Virus record (IMG/VR): IMGVR_UViG_3300045988_112441
Strand: one strand, 5' to 3'
Source of the DNA: a virus
DNA length: 64,000 nucleotides
Below the pieces are notes generated by a model. The model did no database searches. It was given only the letters and a program-made list of their open reading frames with translations, and had not been told where the DNA came from. A program made the translations under genes and the position numbers. Positions 9,710-18,985 of the stretch are shown one piece after another (the first letter of the stretch is position 1; every line of letters begins with the position of its first letter).

Positions 9710-10022
9710 TCTCCTTTAAATACCGCCATGCATCAGGCACTTTTAAATAATCAAACACACCGTCCGGCATCCAATTTCCTTGCTTTGAATACCACACTCT
9801 AGTTTCTCGTTCTCCGTATTTTGCTATGACAGTGCTACAAGGCTTCGGAAGATTTATCGTCGGGACATTCCAGTCATCCAACTTAGTTTCCGGCCAGTCA
9901 ATTCGAGTGCCACACTGACCGCAATAACTATTTCGATTCCCATCTTCATTACAAAGATACTCGCCGCTGCCACAATACTGGCAAGCGATAATGCCTTCCT
10001 CTGCAAAAGGATTGTTAATCAT
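9684..10022 (-). CDS. Zinc-ribbon protein (trimmed to Met47)
   Basis: CQYCGSGEY...CGQCG. The trimmed start removes the overlap with 10015..10269. Confidence 0.35.
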   Translation of the reverse strand: MINNPFAEEGIIACQYCGSGEYLCNEDGNRNSYCGQCGTRIDWPETKLDDWNVPTINLPKPCSTVIAKYGERETRVWYSKQGNWMPDGVFDYLKVPDAWRYLKENEREESDH

Positions 10023-10269
10023 GTTCAGCCTCGATTTCTTTCCATCCAATAAAATCACAAACACAAAGCTTTTCTGGATCACATCTGTGGAGCAAGAATT
10101 TATTTTGTCCAGAAAGCCTAGATCCACCAGATACTTCTGCCACTTTATATTTGTCTTCAAATATTCCAGAAAGACTCCATTGTTCAGTAACAGATAGATC
10201 TACATCATGTTTAATGACATCGCAACCACATCCACGGCATTTAAAGATTTTCACTTGTTTCTTTTCCAT
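10015..10269 (-). CDS. Small zinc-ribbon protein
   Basis: CRGCGCD. Confidence 0.4.
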   Translation of the reverse strand: MEKKQVKIFKCRGCGCDVIKHDVDLSVTEQWSLSGIFEDKYKVAEVSGGSRLSGQNKFLLHRCDPEKLCVCDFIGWKEIEAEHD

Positions 10270-10280
10270 ACAGTCGCCTC

Positions 10281-10553
10281 CTAGAACGGCACTTTATCAG
10301 AAACAGGCATTATACAAAAACTCCTTAACGGAACTCCGTTCACCTGATTGGTTTGATGGGATACCGTTCCATACATTTCACCGTTTTTGCTTTCAGACCA
10401 GTGATATGTTACTGTTCTTTCTATTTCGTAATAAGTATCGTCACCAATTACCTCGCAAGACGCCCATTTGTCGGTCTCTACAAGAAGCAAGTATTTACCA
10501 GGCAAATTGAATGGAGGTTCAATATGAGAATAGTAATTATATGTATCTTTCAT
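10281..10553 (-). CDS. Hypothetical protein
   Basis: The ORF-track start at 10565 appears to be GTG; an ATG with an AGGTGG RBS sits at 10553. Confidence 0.35.
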   Translation of the reverse strand: MKDTYNYYSHIEPPFNLPGKYLLLVETDKWASCEVIGDDTYYEIERTVTYHWSESKNGEMYGTVSHQTNQVNGVPLRSFCIMPVSDKVPF

Positions 10554-10702
10554 AACGAACCCCACCTTTCACGGCCACAGGTGTCACAGACGAAGTGCCA
10601 CTTATCATGCCAACTATGGTTACCGTCATAGAGCATCACACCACCACATCGACTGCACTCGGGAAGGAACCAACGGAGTAGACGTTTCAAAAACTTAATC
10701 AT
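10550..10702 (-). CDS. Unlisted 50-aa zinc-ribbon ORF
   Basis: MIKFLKRLLRWFLPECSRCGG...CDTCGRERWGSL with an AAGGAG RBS. Fills the gap between neighbouring genes. Shorter than 60 aa, so absent from the ORF track. Confidence 0.35.
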   Translation of the reverse strand: MIKFLKRLLRWFLPECSRCGGVMLYDGNHSWHDKWHFVCDTCGRERWGSL

Positions 10703-10704
10703 CT

Positions 10705-11064
10705 TTACTCCTTCTTCTCAATAATATCAGCCCTTTCCATAGTCTCGAAGAAATCTTCCATAATGGCATCAGCCATCTTACCAGGAATTTCGGGAAGATC
10801 TAGTCCAAAGTCTCTAAAAGCACAGTGCAGACAGCCCCATGGAGTTAAGGCGAATTTTTCATAAAAATCATCATCGTCATCGTCAGGGTCGTTTTCTTTT
10901 GAGTCCAACATATTCGTCTCGTACTCAAACTGTCTCACTTCATTCTTAGTGAGCCATTTCTGCCACTTGCCACAAACAGAACAATACAGACCAATCTGGC
11001 TACCTTTGCTCTGGATAAAGAAGGATTTACTACCACACTTACATTTGAAGTCCATCTCAGCCAC
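10705..11064 (-). CDS. Zinc-ribbon protein with an acidic tract
   Basis: CKCGS...CSVCGKW; DPDDDDDD. Confidence 0.4.
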   Translation of the reverse strand: MAEMDFKCKCGSKSFFIQSKGSQIGLYCSVCGKWQKWLTKNEVRQFEYETNMLDSKENDPDDDDDDFYEKFALTPWGCLHCAFRDFGLDLPEIPGKMADAIMEDFFETMERADIIEKKE

Positions 11065-11257
11065 CTGCCTTTTCTACATTCTGAACCATGCAGCTCGTAC
11101 CGGGATGAGATTTTTCGAAACGATAATGCGCTTTATTCATAGCATCATTCTGATCCTGTGCCTTGACCATATATGTGTTGAATGCCTGATGTCCATCATC
11201 GTAGTACATTATTTCAACAGACCAATAATTCATATAGCTCCTTTCATGCCACCACAC
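11057..11257 (-). CDS. Hypothetical protein
   Basis: ORF track. Confidence 0.35.
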   Translation of the reverse strand: MWWHERSYMNYWSVEIMYYDDGHQAFNTYMVKAQDQNDAMNKAHYRFEKSHPGTSCMVQNVEKAGG

Positions 11258-11274
11258 CCACCCCGCTAGTTAGT

Positions 11275-11502
11275 TTACTTGCTTCGACTGCCCTTAATGA
11301 AGCACTCAAGCAAAATAAGAGCCAACCAAATACCTGTTGCAACCTTAACTGTAAAAGTGATGTTCAACAGCTTAAAAATCAGCCAGATAATACCAATCGT
11401 GGCAATCCACGAAGTAAAATATGTAGCCACCAGAATCAGAACAATTCTGAGAAAAGAACCAAGTGCCTTAAAGAAATTCTTCCACACTTCTATGCTAATC
11501 AC
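11275..11502 (-). CDS. Small membrane protein
   Basis: Two hydrophobic helices. Confidence 0.35.
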   Translation of the reverse strand: MISIEVWKNFFKALGSFLRIVLILVATYFTSWIATIGIIWLIFKLLNITFTVKVATGIWLALILLECFIKGSRSK

Positions 11503-11508
11503 CTCCGG

Positions 11509-11748
11509 TCAATCGTCCTCGATATGGACACAAGCTGGAACAACCACCTCAGAGTCGTACAGGCGGATTAGTACCCCATTTGCAAGTTTTACTGCATTTG
11601 CATGGCAGTTATCTTCTGTTATAGTAGAAACTTTCATGCATAATGTCTTATTGCTTCCGTAATAAAATGGCTTGCCTTGCTCGATACTTTCAAATTCAAC
11701 TGTTTCTTTTTCCTTTTTTAGAATTTTCATTTTATATAACCCCACCAA
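11509..11748 (-). CDS. Hypothetical protein
   Basis: ORF track. Confidence 0.35.
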   Translation of the reverse strand: MVGLYKMKILKKEKETVEFESIEQGKPFYYGSNKTLCMKVSTITEDNCHANAVKLANGVLIRLYDSEVVVPACVHIEDD

Positions 11749-11767
11749 CCCACCGCTTATACATTAT

Positions 11768-13969
11768 TTAATTGTCGCTCAAATGAACCACTCGATCTCG
11801 AATTTCCTGAGTGCGCCCCTGATTCCAAAAATTGGTTCCCAGGTAACCACAAGTACGTCTTACGACATTCATTTTGTTCTGGTCACGATTACCACAATTC
11901 GGGCACTCCCATATAAGCTTGTGGTTTTTCTCATCTTCTACAATTTTAATTTCGCCGTCGTAGCCGCAGCACTGGCAGTAGTCGGACTTGGTGTTCAGCT
12001 CCGCATACATGATGTTGTCGTAAATGAACTGCATAACACTAAGCACCGCAGGAATGTTCTGCTGCAGATTTGGCACCTCGATATAGCTAATCGCCCCTCC
12101 TGGAGAAAGCTTCTGGAACTCGCTCTCAAACTTTAGCTTAGTGAAAGCATCGATATGTTCACGGACAACGACATGATAAGAATTTGTTACGTAGTCATGG
12201 TCAGTAATATCTGGAATCATACCAAACCGCTTCTGCAAGCAACGTGCAAATTCATATGTAGTGGACTCCAAAGGAGTACCATACAGAGAGTAATCGATGT
12301 TTTCAGCGGCCTTCCACTCGTTACACTTATCATTCATGTGCCGCATAATTTCGAGAGCAAAAGGTTTAGCATCAGGATCGGTGTGGCTCTTGCCGGTCAT
12401 ATACTTCACACACTCATACAGACCGGCATAACCCAGGCTGATGGTGGAGTAGCCGCCGAAGAGCAACTTGTCGATCTTCTCGCCCTTCTTTAGACGAGCT
12501 AATGCACCGTACTGCCACAGGATAGGGGCCATATCAGAAGAAGTGCCGAGTAGACGCTTGTGACGAATCTGTAGAGCTCGATGACACAATTCGAGTCGTT
12601 CATCGAAGATTTTCCAGAATTTATCCTTGTCCCCTTCTGAACTGCAAGCCACGTCCACCAGATTGATGGTCACGACGCCCTGATTGAAGCGGCCATAATA
12701 CTTATGCCCCTTAACCCAATTCTTGGCACTAGCTACGTTCTCAGTGGTGCGGTCAGGAGTAAGGAAGGATCTACAGCCCATGCTAGGCCACACACCGCCT
12801 TTAAGCTCCTTCATAACCTTTGCGGAAATATAATCAGGAACCATTCGCTTGGCAGTACACTTAGCTGCCAGCTCAGTCAGGTAATAATACTTAGAATCAG
12901 AATGAATGTTATCCTCATCAAGAGCATAAATGAGCTTTGGGAAGGCCGGAGTGACCCATACACCAACTTCATTCTTTACACCCTGAATGCGCTGTTTTAA
13001 CACTTCTTCAACAATTAGAGCCAAATCATCACGAGTTTGACCTTCTGGAACTTCATCGAGGTACATAAACACGGTGATAAAAGGGGCCTGGCCGTTTGTC
13101 GTCATCAAAGTGACAACCTGATACTGGATGGTCTGCACGCCACGAGCAATTTCTTTATGTAAACGATCTTCTACAATTCGATTGATAGTTTCAGACTCCG
13201 GCATCTTATCGATTTCATTATTCTGAACCATCTCGTAAAATTCTTGGTGTACTTCACTTGTGATCTTCTTGCGGGAAACATCTACGAATGGAGCCAGATG
13301 TGAAAGTGTAATACTCTGACCTCCAAATTGCATCGAAGCTACCTGTGCAATGATCTGGGTGGCAATGTTGCAGGCGGTGGAAAAGCTGTGAGGTTTTTCA
13401 ATATAGGTGCCGGAGATGACGGTGCCGTTCTGGAGCATATCTTCAAGATTGACCAGATCGCAATTATGGCAGTGCATCACAAAATAATCTTTATCATGCA
13501 CATGAATTAAACCACTTTTGTGTGCATCTCGGATATCCTTTGGAAGTAGAAGTCTGTCAGTTAGTTCCTTAGATACCTCTCCGGCCATGTAATCACGTTG
13601 CGTGCTATTGATGGTTGCGTTCTTATTACTGTTTTCCTGATTGATTGCGTCGTTCTGGGCATCAAGAATTTCAAGAATACTTGCGTTGGTTTTCTCTTTA
13701 TCTCGAATTTCCTGACGATACTGCCGCCACTGACTATATGCATTTGCAACGTCAATAAACGGGCTATTTGCTAGACTGTCCACTACGATATCCTGAATCT
13801 GCTCAACAGAAAGAATGCCCGGCATGTCTGCGATATAGTCAGCAATCGCATTCGACACACGAGCGTCGATACTACCCGGTGTACAGGTCATCGCCTTCTC
13901 GACTGCATTCACAATCTTACTTTTATCAAAAGGGACTTCCGTTCCATCGCGTTTAATCACATATTCCAT
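11768..13969 (-). CDS. nrdD: Anaerobic ribonucleoside-triphosphate reductase
   Basis: 733 aa. C-terminal glycyl-radical motif RRTCGYLG and a Cys-rich zinc site. Confidence 0.9.
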   Translation of the reverse strand: MEYVIKRDGTEVPFDKSKIVNAVEKAMTCTPGSIDARVSNAIADYIADMPGILSVEQIQDIVVDSLANSPFIDVANAYSQWRQYRQEIRDKEKTNASILEILDAQNDAINQENSNKNATINSTQRDYMAGEVSKELTDRLLLPKDIRDAHKSGLIHVHDKDYFVMHCHNCDLVNLEDMLQNGTVISGTYIEKPHSFSTACNIATQIIAQVASMQFGGQSITLSHLAPFVDVSRKKITSEVHQEFYEMVQNNEIDKMPESETINRIVEDRLHKEIARGVQTIQYQVVTLMTTNGQAPFITVFMYLDEVPEGQTRDDLALIVEEVLKQRIQGVKNEVGVWVTPAFPKLIYALDEDNIHSDSKYYYLTELAAKCTAKRMVPDYISAKVMKELKGGVWPSMGCRSFLTPDRTTENVASAKNWVKGHKYYGRFNQGVVTINLVDVACSSEGDKDKFWKIFDERLELCHRALQIRHKRLLGTSSDMAPILWQYGALARLKKGEKIDKLLFGGYSTISLGYAGLYECVKYMTGKSHTDPDAKPFALEIMRHMNDKCNEWKAAENIDYSLYGTPLESTTYEFARCLQKRFGMIPDITDHDYVTNSYHVVVREHIDAFTKLKFESEFQKLSPGGAISYIEVPNLQQNIPAVLSVMQFIYDNIMYAELNTKSDYCQCCGYDGEIKIVEDEKNHKLIWECPNCGNRDQNKMNVVRRTCGYLGTNFWNQGRTQEIRDRVVHLSDN

Positions 13970-13980
13970 GTAATCACCTC

Positions 13981-15504
13981 TTACTCAGCATCCTGCGCAT
14001 CGTTCTTTTCAGAAACAATCGTCGAATCGCTTACAAGGTTCACATTCTTAGTGACCTTTGCATCGTAACTGTTGGCACGGACAATTTCCTTCATATCAAT
14101 GCCAGTTGCTTCACGAACGGCCTCAAAAGTCTGAGCCATGACTGCTGGGACATTGCCGGAAATCTCAGAAACACCATTTGCGTTACTGCCAATGATGGAA
14201 ACCTTGTCAATGGACGCCAGCGGCTTTGCAACCTCAGCTGCAATGCTAGGAAGAATCTTAATGATCATTTCACCCATAGCCGCACCATTGTACTGCTTGT
14301 AAGCTTCGGCCTTCTTCAGCATAGCTTCTGCTTCAGCAAGACCCTTCTGCCTGATGGCCTCAGCTTCCGCCATGCCAACCATACGGATGCCTTCTGCCTC
14401 CTGTTCCTTAGCGAACTTTGCGGATTCTGCAGAACGCTCTGCTTCGTACTTCTTTGCTTCAGCTTCCTTCTGACGCTTATACAGGTCGGCGTCTGCCTGC
14501 TTGCGAATCTCCGCATCCAGCTTTTGCTGACGAACTTCTGCTTCCTGAGCGGCCAACTCAACCATCTTCTTCTGCTTTGCAATAGCTGCGTCAGCTTCAG
14601 CTTCCTTAATTTCCTTATCACGCAGATTCATTTGAATCTCACCAGCAGCTTCTGCATCAGCATTTGCCTTATCAGCCTCCGCCTTCAGAGCGGCCTGAGT
14701 CAGAAGATACTCATTGTTGCGCTGTGCAATAGCGGTCTTGGATTCAATTTCCTTTTCATTTGATTCACGAGCAGTATCCGCCTTAGCACGAGCAATATCA
14801 CGAGCGGCTTCGGCCTTAGCAATCTCTGCCTGTTTCTTCACCAGCTCTTCCTGCTGAACACCAATTGCCTCAATGACACCATGATTATGACCCTGAGCAT
14901 CAATAGCATCCTTAATATCCTGAACATTGAAAGTAACAACTTCCAGACCCATCTTTGCTAAATCAGGACGAGCATTCTCAACAACGGAAATTGCCATCTG
15001 TTTACGATTGGTCAGGATATCATTGACAGTCATCTCAGAAACAATCTCTCGCAGATTGCCCTGAAGGACATCGTTGATCTTTTCGTTAATGCCATCTTCA
15101 CTCATGCCAAGGAAGTTGGAAATAGCAGCCTGCTGACGAGCACTAATATAAGTCTTTGCATCCTCACAACCGGCACTCTTAATCTCATCATCAGTTACAG
15201 TAGAGTTCTCAGAGTAAACCTGAACAGTAACAACAGAGTCCAGCCACAGAGAAACACCCTCTTTAGTCTTTACACCGGTTTCAGGAGTCTTGACATCAAT
15301 CTTGAGCAATCGCATATTCAGACGGTCAGCTCGCTGAATAACCGGAAGGACGAACACGCCACGACCACAGATAACTTTCGGCTTAGACAGTCCAAAACCT
15401 GTTACGACGATTGCCTGAGTAGGAGGAGCCTTCTTATAGCAAGTAAATGCAAAGGCGATCAGAAAGACAACAACGACAGGAATTGCAATAAACATCATAT
15501 TCAT
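13981..15504 (-). CDS. Flotillin-like SPFH/band-7 membrane protein
   Basis: 507 aa. N-terminal transmembrane helix, SPFH domain, then a long AEAEA/KQKK coiled coil. Confidence 0.75.
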   Translation of the reverse strand: MNMMFIAIPVVVVFLIAFAFTCYKKAPPTQAIVVTGFGLSKPKVICGRGVFVLPVIQRADRLNMRLLKIDVKTPETGVKTKEGVSLWLDSVVTVQVYSENSTVTDDEIKSAGCEDAKTYISARQQAAISNFLGMSEDGINEKINDVLQGNLREIVSEMTVNDILTNRKQMAISVVENARPDLAKMGLEVVTFNVQDIKDAIDAQGHNHGVIEAIGVQQEELVKKQAEIAKAEAARDIARAKADTARESNEKEIESKTAIAQRNNEYLLTQAALKAEADKANADAEAAGEIQMNLRDKEIKEAEADAAIAKQKKMVELAAQEAEVRQQKLDAEIRKQADADLYKRQKEAEAKKYEAERSAESAKFAKEQEAEGIRMVGMAEAEAIRQKGLAEAEAMLKKAEAYKQYNGAAMGEMIIKILPSIAAEVAKPLASIDKVSIIGSNANGVSEISGNVPAVMAQTFEAVREATGIDMKEIVRANSYDAKVTKNVNLVSDSTIVSEKNDAQDAE

Positions 15505-15523
15505 GTATTTTTCTCCTTGATTA

Positions 15524-15616
15524 TCTTAAAACAAATTTGGCAAAGCCAAAAATCAACATTGTAACAAACAGGGCAAATGCCGCAAATGGTTCTTCCCAGT
15601 TGTATCTCATTCTCAT
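15524..15616 (-). CDS. Unlisted 30-aa hydrophobic micro-ORF upstream of flotillin
   Basis: MRMRYNWEEPFAAFALFVTMLIFGFAKFVL with an AAGAGGT RBS. Resembles the small membrane partners of flotillin operons. Confidence 0.3.
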
Positions 15617-15629
15617 TTATGTAAACCTC

Positions 15630-16070
15630 TTAAAACTTGACCTCATCGGCACAATCAGGGACCACGGCAGTTTCGATGTTTGGAGCATGGATTTCTGGAC
15701 AGAAAACCAAATCATCCGTATAGTCGGGCTTTGCATGACGAGGAATGTAATCCGACATCGTAGTCAGCTTATCAGTTACCTCGTTAGGGACTTTCTTGAG
15801 CGTATCTACGACACTTTCAGCAACCTTCTGCTGTTCCTCTAAAAGCCGGATTTTATAGTCCAAATACCAACGTGCCTTCGTCAAATCTTGAAGCTGAGAA
15901 TTGCCATCTTTGTGACCTGCCCGGCTCAGATACTTACCAACATTCCAAAGATAAGCATCCTTGTCTAACTGCCACTCCCGTAGCACTTTGATTGCCTCAT
16001 AGGGATTGTCTGCACCGCCGTAATAAGACGGGTGCTCGACGTTCTTCTTGATTTCGTCAAGTGTTTGCAT
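15630..16070 (-). CDS. DUF3310-like phage protein
   Basis: HPSYYGG...NPYEAIKV...W...LWNVGKYL. Start trimmed to a Met preceded by an AAGGAGG RBS. Confidence 0.45.
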   Translation of the reverse strand: MQTLDEIKKNVEHPSYYGGADNPYEAIKVLREWQLDKDAYLWNVGKYLSRAGHKDGNSQLQDLTKARWYLDYKIRLLEEQQKVAESVVDTLKKVPNEVTDKLTTMSDYIPRHAKPDYTDDLVFCPEIHAPNIETAVVPDCADEVKF

Positions 16071-16773
16071 CAATAACCTCCTTGTTTTTTTCAATAGGCT
16101 TATAAACATCTGCCAACCGAGGATGACGGCCACAGCAGCCACGACCTTCTGGACAGAACGGATACTTCGGATTAGCCTCACAGGAAGGAACCATCCAGTT
16201 TGCTACTTCAGGACAAACCTGTGCAACTTCCTTCTTCATTTCTGTGAACATCTCGCGGATTTCTTTTTGAGCCCTAGAACAAAGTCGAAGATGACTCATC
16301 TCAATCAAAGCACGAGCGTTCATCGTGATGTAGAATTCTGTACAGCAAGCATTTGGCAGAACTGCACGAGCGTCTTCGTTTTTGGCATTATGATACTTCT
16401 TGAGAATCTGATAATCGGTATCAATGTCCGACATCATATTATCGAAAACATCAGCATCTTCACCGGTAAACGGATTTACATACTTGAATCCATCCTCGCT
16501 GCAATAACGCTGGCTGCGGCAGCTCATGCTAATATGTCGATGACGACTAATCTGTGCCAGAAGTGCGCGACTCACATCTTTGACATAGAACGTAAAGTTG
16601 ATGTGTTCAAGCACAGAATAATGACCGCTGGCCTTACATCCCTTAGCAATCTTATAATCGTCAGTCATTGAAGAATCATAACAAATACTCGCAGCTTCCT
16701 CTACAATATCTAAAGGATTCTTATCATTTGTAGGAACAACTCGCTGTGTGTACGCAATCAAATCAACAGTCAT
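16057..16773 (-). CDS. thyX: FAD-dependent thymidylate synthase
   Basis: ThyX motif: RHRHISMSCRSQRY. Confidence 0.8.
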   Translation of the reverse strand: MTVDLIAYTQRVVPTNDKNPLDIVEEAASICYDSSMTDDYKIAKGCKASGHYSVLEHINFTFYVKDVSRALLAQISRHRHISMSCRSQRYCSEDGFKYVNPFTGEDADVFDNMMSDIDTDYQILKKYHNAKNEDARAVLPNACCTEFYITMNARALIEMSHLRLCSRAQKEIREMFTEMKKEVAQVCPEVANWMVPSCEANPKYPFCPEGRGCCGRHPRLADVYKPIEKNKEVIDANT

Positions 16774-16783
16774 TCAACTCTCC

Positions 16784-17008
16784 TTAATATTCGTCCTGCC
16801 AGTTTTCAGGAATGTCGTTCTCACCAATTACGATGCAATTTTTAGGTGCGACATTTAAAGTGTACTTTCCATCTTGAACTTTAATCATTACGTTCATAAT
16901 GGAGACAACTTTATGAATGCTCCAAAGAACTCCGCGACCTTTTCGAGTTCTAGCTCTAAGAACTGTGTCGCCAATATGAATTTCTCTATTAAGAATATCG
17001 GTTACCAT
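16784..17008 (-). CDS. Hypothetical protein
   Basis: ORF track. Confidence 0.4.
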   Translation of the reverse strand: MVTDILNREIHIGDTVLRARTRKGRGVLWSIHKVVSIMNVMIKVQDGKYTLNVAPKNCIVIGENDIPENWQDEY

Positions 17009-17019
17009 TTAATCCTCCT

Positions 17020-17184
17020 TTACTTTAGAAGTGCAAACTTAAACCAATCTGGGAAGCTTGATACTGAAATCCAATATTTGATAAGACAAGATAATAGCCA
17101 CAACGCAATCATGATTCCGACCGCAATAAGATAATCCTTAAAAATCTTAATGAAAGCGATCCACATCTTAATCCTGTCTCTCAT
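17020..17184 (-). CDS. Unlisted 54-aa membrane protein (holin-like?)
   Basis: MRDRIKMWIAFIKIF...WLLSCLIKYW with a GAGGTGAGG RBS. Confidence 0.3.
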   Translation of the reverse strand: MRDRIKMWIAFIKIFKDYLIAVGIMIALWLLSCLIKYWISVSSFPDWFKFALLK

Positions 17185-17371
17185 TTACCTCACCTCTTTC
17201 AATCAACTCATCCACAGTAACCTCTCCACAGAGAACCTGTTTAAGCTGCTCTTCTGACAACTGATATGTAATCGGATCTCCACATTCAGTGGGATATCGA
17301 GCTAAGATTCTATAATACTCTGCAAGGGCTCGTTCCTTACGACCCTGCTCACGATGGTCAATACCAATCAT
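17168..17371 (-). CDS. Hypothetical protein
   Basis: ORF track. Confidence 0.35.
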   Translation of the reverse strand: MIGIDHREQGRKERALAEYYRILARYPTECGDPITYQLSEEQLKQVLCGEVTVDELIERGEVNERQD

Positions 17372-17616
17372 ATCGCCCCACCTCCTTCCTCAAATTCTTC
17401 ACTCTTTCCGGTCACGACATAGATGTCATCTTCGAGATCTTCTTTATCAACAAACGATATTTCTCCTAGCCGCAGACCGCACTTGTTACTTTCTGGTCTG
17501 TTGTCAATTATGTAGAAGTCGCCAGCATCACAAAGAACCTTATACCAGTGTCCTTTCTGCAAAGTGGCTTCTGCCGGGCCCCACTCTTTATAGTCCGTTC
17601 TGAAGTACATCCTCAT
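17368..17616 (-). CDS. Hypothetical protein
   Basis: ORF track. Confidence 0.4.
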   Translation of the reverse strand: MRMYFRTDYKEWGPAEATLQKGHWYKVLCDAGDFYIIDNRPESNKCGLRLGEISFVDKEDLEDDIYVVTGKSEEFEEGGGAI

Positions 17617-17963
17617 TAGAGCTCCTTGTAGGGTTCCATATCACCCTTCCAAATCTGAAAATAAGGATGTGCGTCAATGCCGTAAACCTGACCCTTCATA
17701 CCGGTACTGGTGATTTTGTAAGGCTTTCTGTCTTCAAGGCTATTGATAAAGTCCTGATACTGAGGACTCATCTTAAAGAAATCTTTCTTACCCTGAATCC
17801 TCTTTACCTTAATAGTGACCTCATCACCAATCTTTGGTTCCCACTCTTCAACTGGCATTCCAGCAAGAAAATCGGGCCCACCAGCCTTCTTGATTCGCCT
17901 GGCAAGGATTCGTGCTTTACGCTGCTCTCTGCGCCGGTCTTCTCGATTCATCGAATTACTCAT
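17616..17963 (-). CDS. Hypothetical basic protein
   Basis: ORF track. Confidence 0.4.
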   Translation of the reverse strand: MSNSMNREDRRREQRKARILARRIKKAGGPDFLAGMPVEEWEPKIGDEVTIKVKRIQGKKDFFKMSPQYQDFINSLEDRKPYKITSTGMKGQVYGIDAHPYFQIWKGDMEPYKEL

Positions 17964-18195
17964 ATTCTGTTCCTTTCAGCTTATCAAAGTAGGGATCGCC
18001 GTCTCGCTTCTCTAATAAGTTGAGCTCCCCGGCGGAGCCTACAGAATACAAACGAAAATTTTTAAAAATCTCAGCACCTTTAATAGTGGCTAGAGATGTA
18101 ATCACGTAAATGATATTGTGTTCTTCTGTACCATCCATAAGTTGAACTTCAAGTCGTTCTTTCTTTGGGATGGCTAGTTTTCGGAAGTCGTTCAT
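17956..18195 (-). CDS. Hypothetical protein
   Basis: ORF track. Confidence 0.35.
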   Translation of the reverse strand: MNDFRKLAIPKKERLEVQLMDGTEEHNIIYVITSLATIKGAEIFKNFRLYSVGSAGELNLLEKRDGDPYFDKLKGTEYE

Positions 18196-18450
18196 TTATT
18201 CCTCCGGCATTTTAAAAATCCTCTCATCACAACAATAGTCGTCAAAAATGTTTCCGATAATCTCGTAGCATCTTGACGCAGTATTATAACTACCAAGAAC
18301 AATTCCGCGTTCTCCCATACCTTGCCTTGCGTAAACATTAAGGTTTGCGGCATCAATGATTGCCATGCGGTCAAGATTTATAATTTCTCCACCTTGCGTT
18401 AAAAGTAGCATTTTAGTCCTCCGGCATATCGAAACTAACACGGCTCTCAC
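18196..18450 (-). CDS. Hypothetical protein
   Basis: ORF track. Confidence 0.35.
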   Translation of the reverse strand: MRAVLVSICRRTKMLLLTQGGEIINLDRMAIIDAANLNVYARQGMGERGIVLGSYNTASRCYEIIGNIFDDYCCDERIFKMPEE

Positions 18451-18637
18451 AAAGAGCAGTATTAATTTCTTGGATTACTTCTTTTGCTCGTTCTACTGTT
18501 TTATATTTACCAAGTCTCATCCATCCATCTTCATCAAAGGTATACGCTCTGATTACTGCTGATTCATCTACAATATGGATTCCAAAACATTTACCGGTGT
18601 CAACAACTCCGGTTTGATTCTGTGTTAAAATAAACAT
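18413..18637 (-). CDS. Hypothetical protein
   Basis: ORF track. Confidence 0.35.
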   Translation of the reverse strand: MFILTQNQTGVVDTGKCFGIHIVDESAVIRAYTFDEDGWMRLGKYKTVERAKEVIQEINTALCESRVSFDMPED

Positions 18638-18646
18638 TGTAAAACC

Positions 18647-18985
18647 TCACAAATCTGCAAGCTGTGCAGGAGAATTGATATCTGGACTATCCAAATCCAT
18701 CCCAAACTCCTTAGACATTTCATTCTTGATTCCCCAAAAGTAACCTTCGGATGGAGCGTAAACAATAGTCCACCATCCATACGCTTCTTTATTCTTAGGC
18801 GTGAATTCACGAGTTGGAATTCGATTGCCGCTGAAGCTAATTGTTGTGGTTTTGGATGGATTCTCAACACATTTGTTATCCAGAATCCGAAGAATGTGTT
18901 TAATAGACTTCTTGGAAAGATTCATGCCAGCCCTCCCGTTCAGCTTTCCACTGAGCATACTTATCATAAGCAATCTTTTGGGCAA
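18647..18985 (-). CDS. Hypothetical protein
   Basis: ORF track. Confidence 0.35.
   Translation of the reverse strand: MPKRLLMISMLSGKLNGRAGMNLSKKSIKHILRILDNKCVENPSKTTTISFSGNRIPTREFTPKNKEAYGWWTIVYAPSEGYFWGIKNEMSKEFGMDLDSPDINSPAQLADL

Noticed and set aside
14316-14621. Minus-strand ORF of 101 aa inside the flotillin gene
   Set aside because: An alternative frame of the repetitive AEAEA/KQKK coiled-coil region. The R/K/Q-rich product is an artefact.
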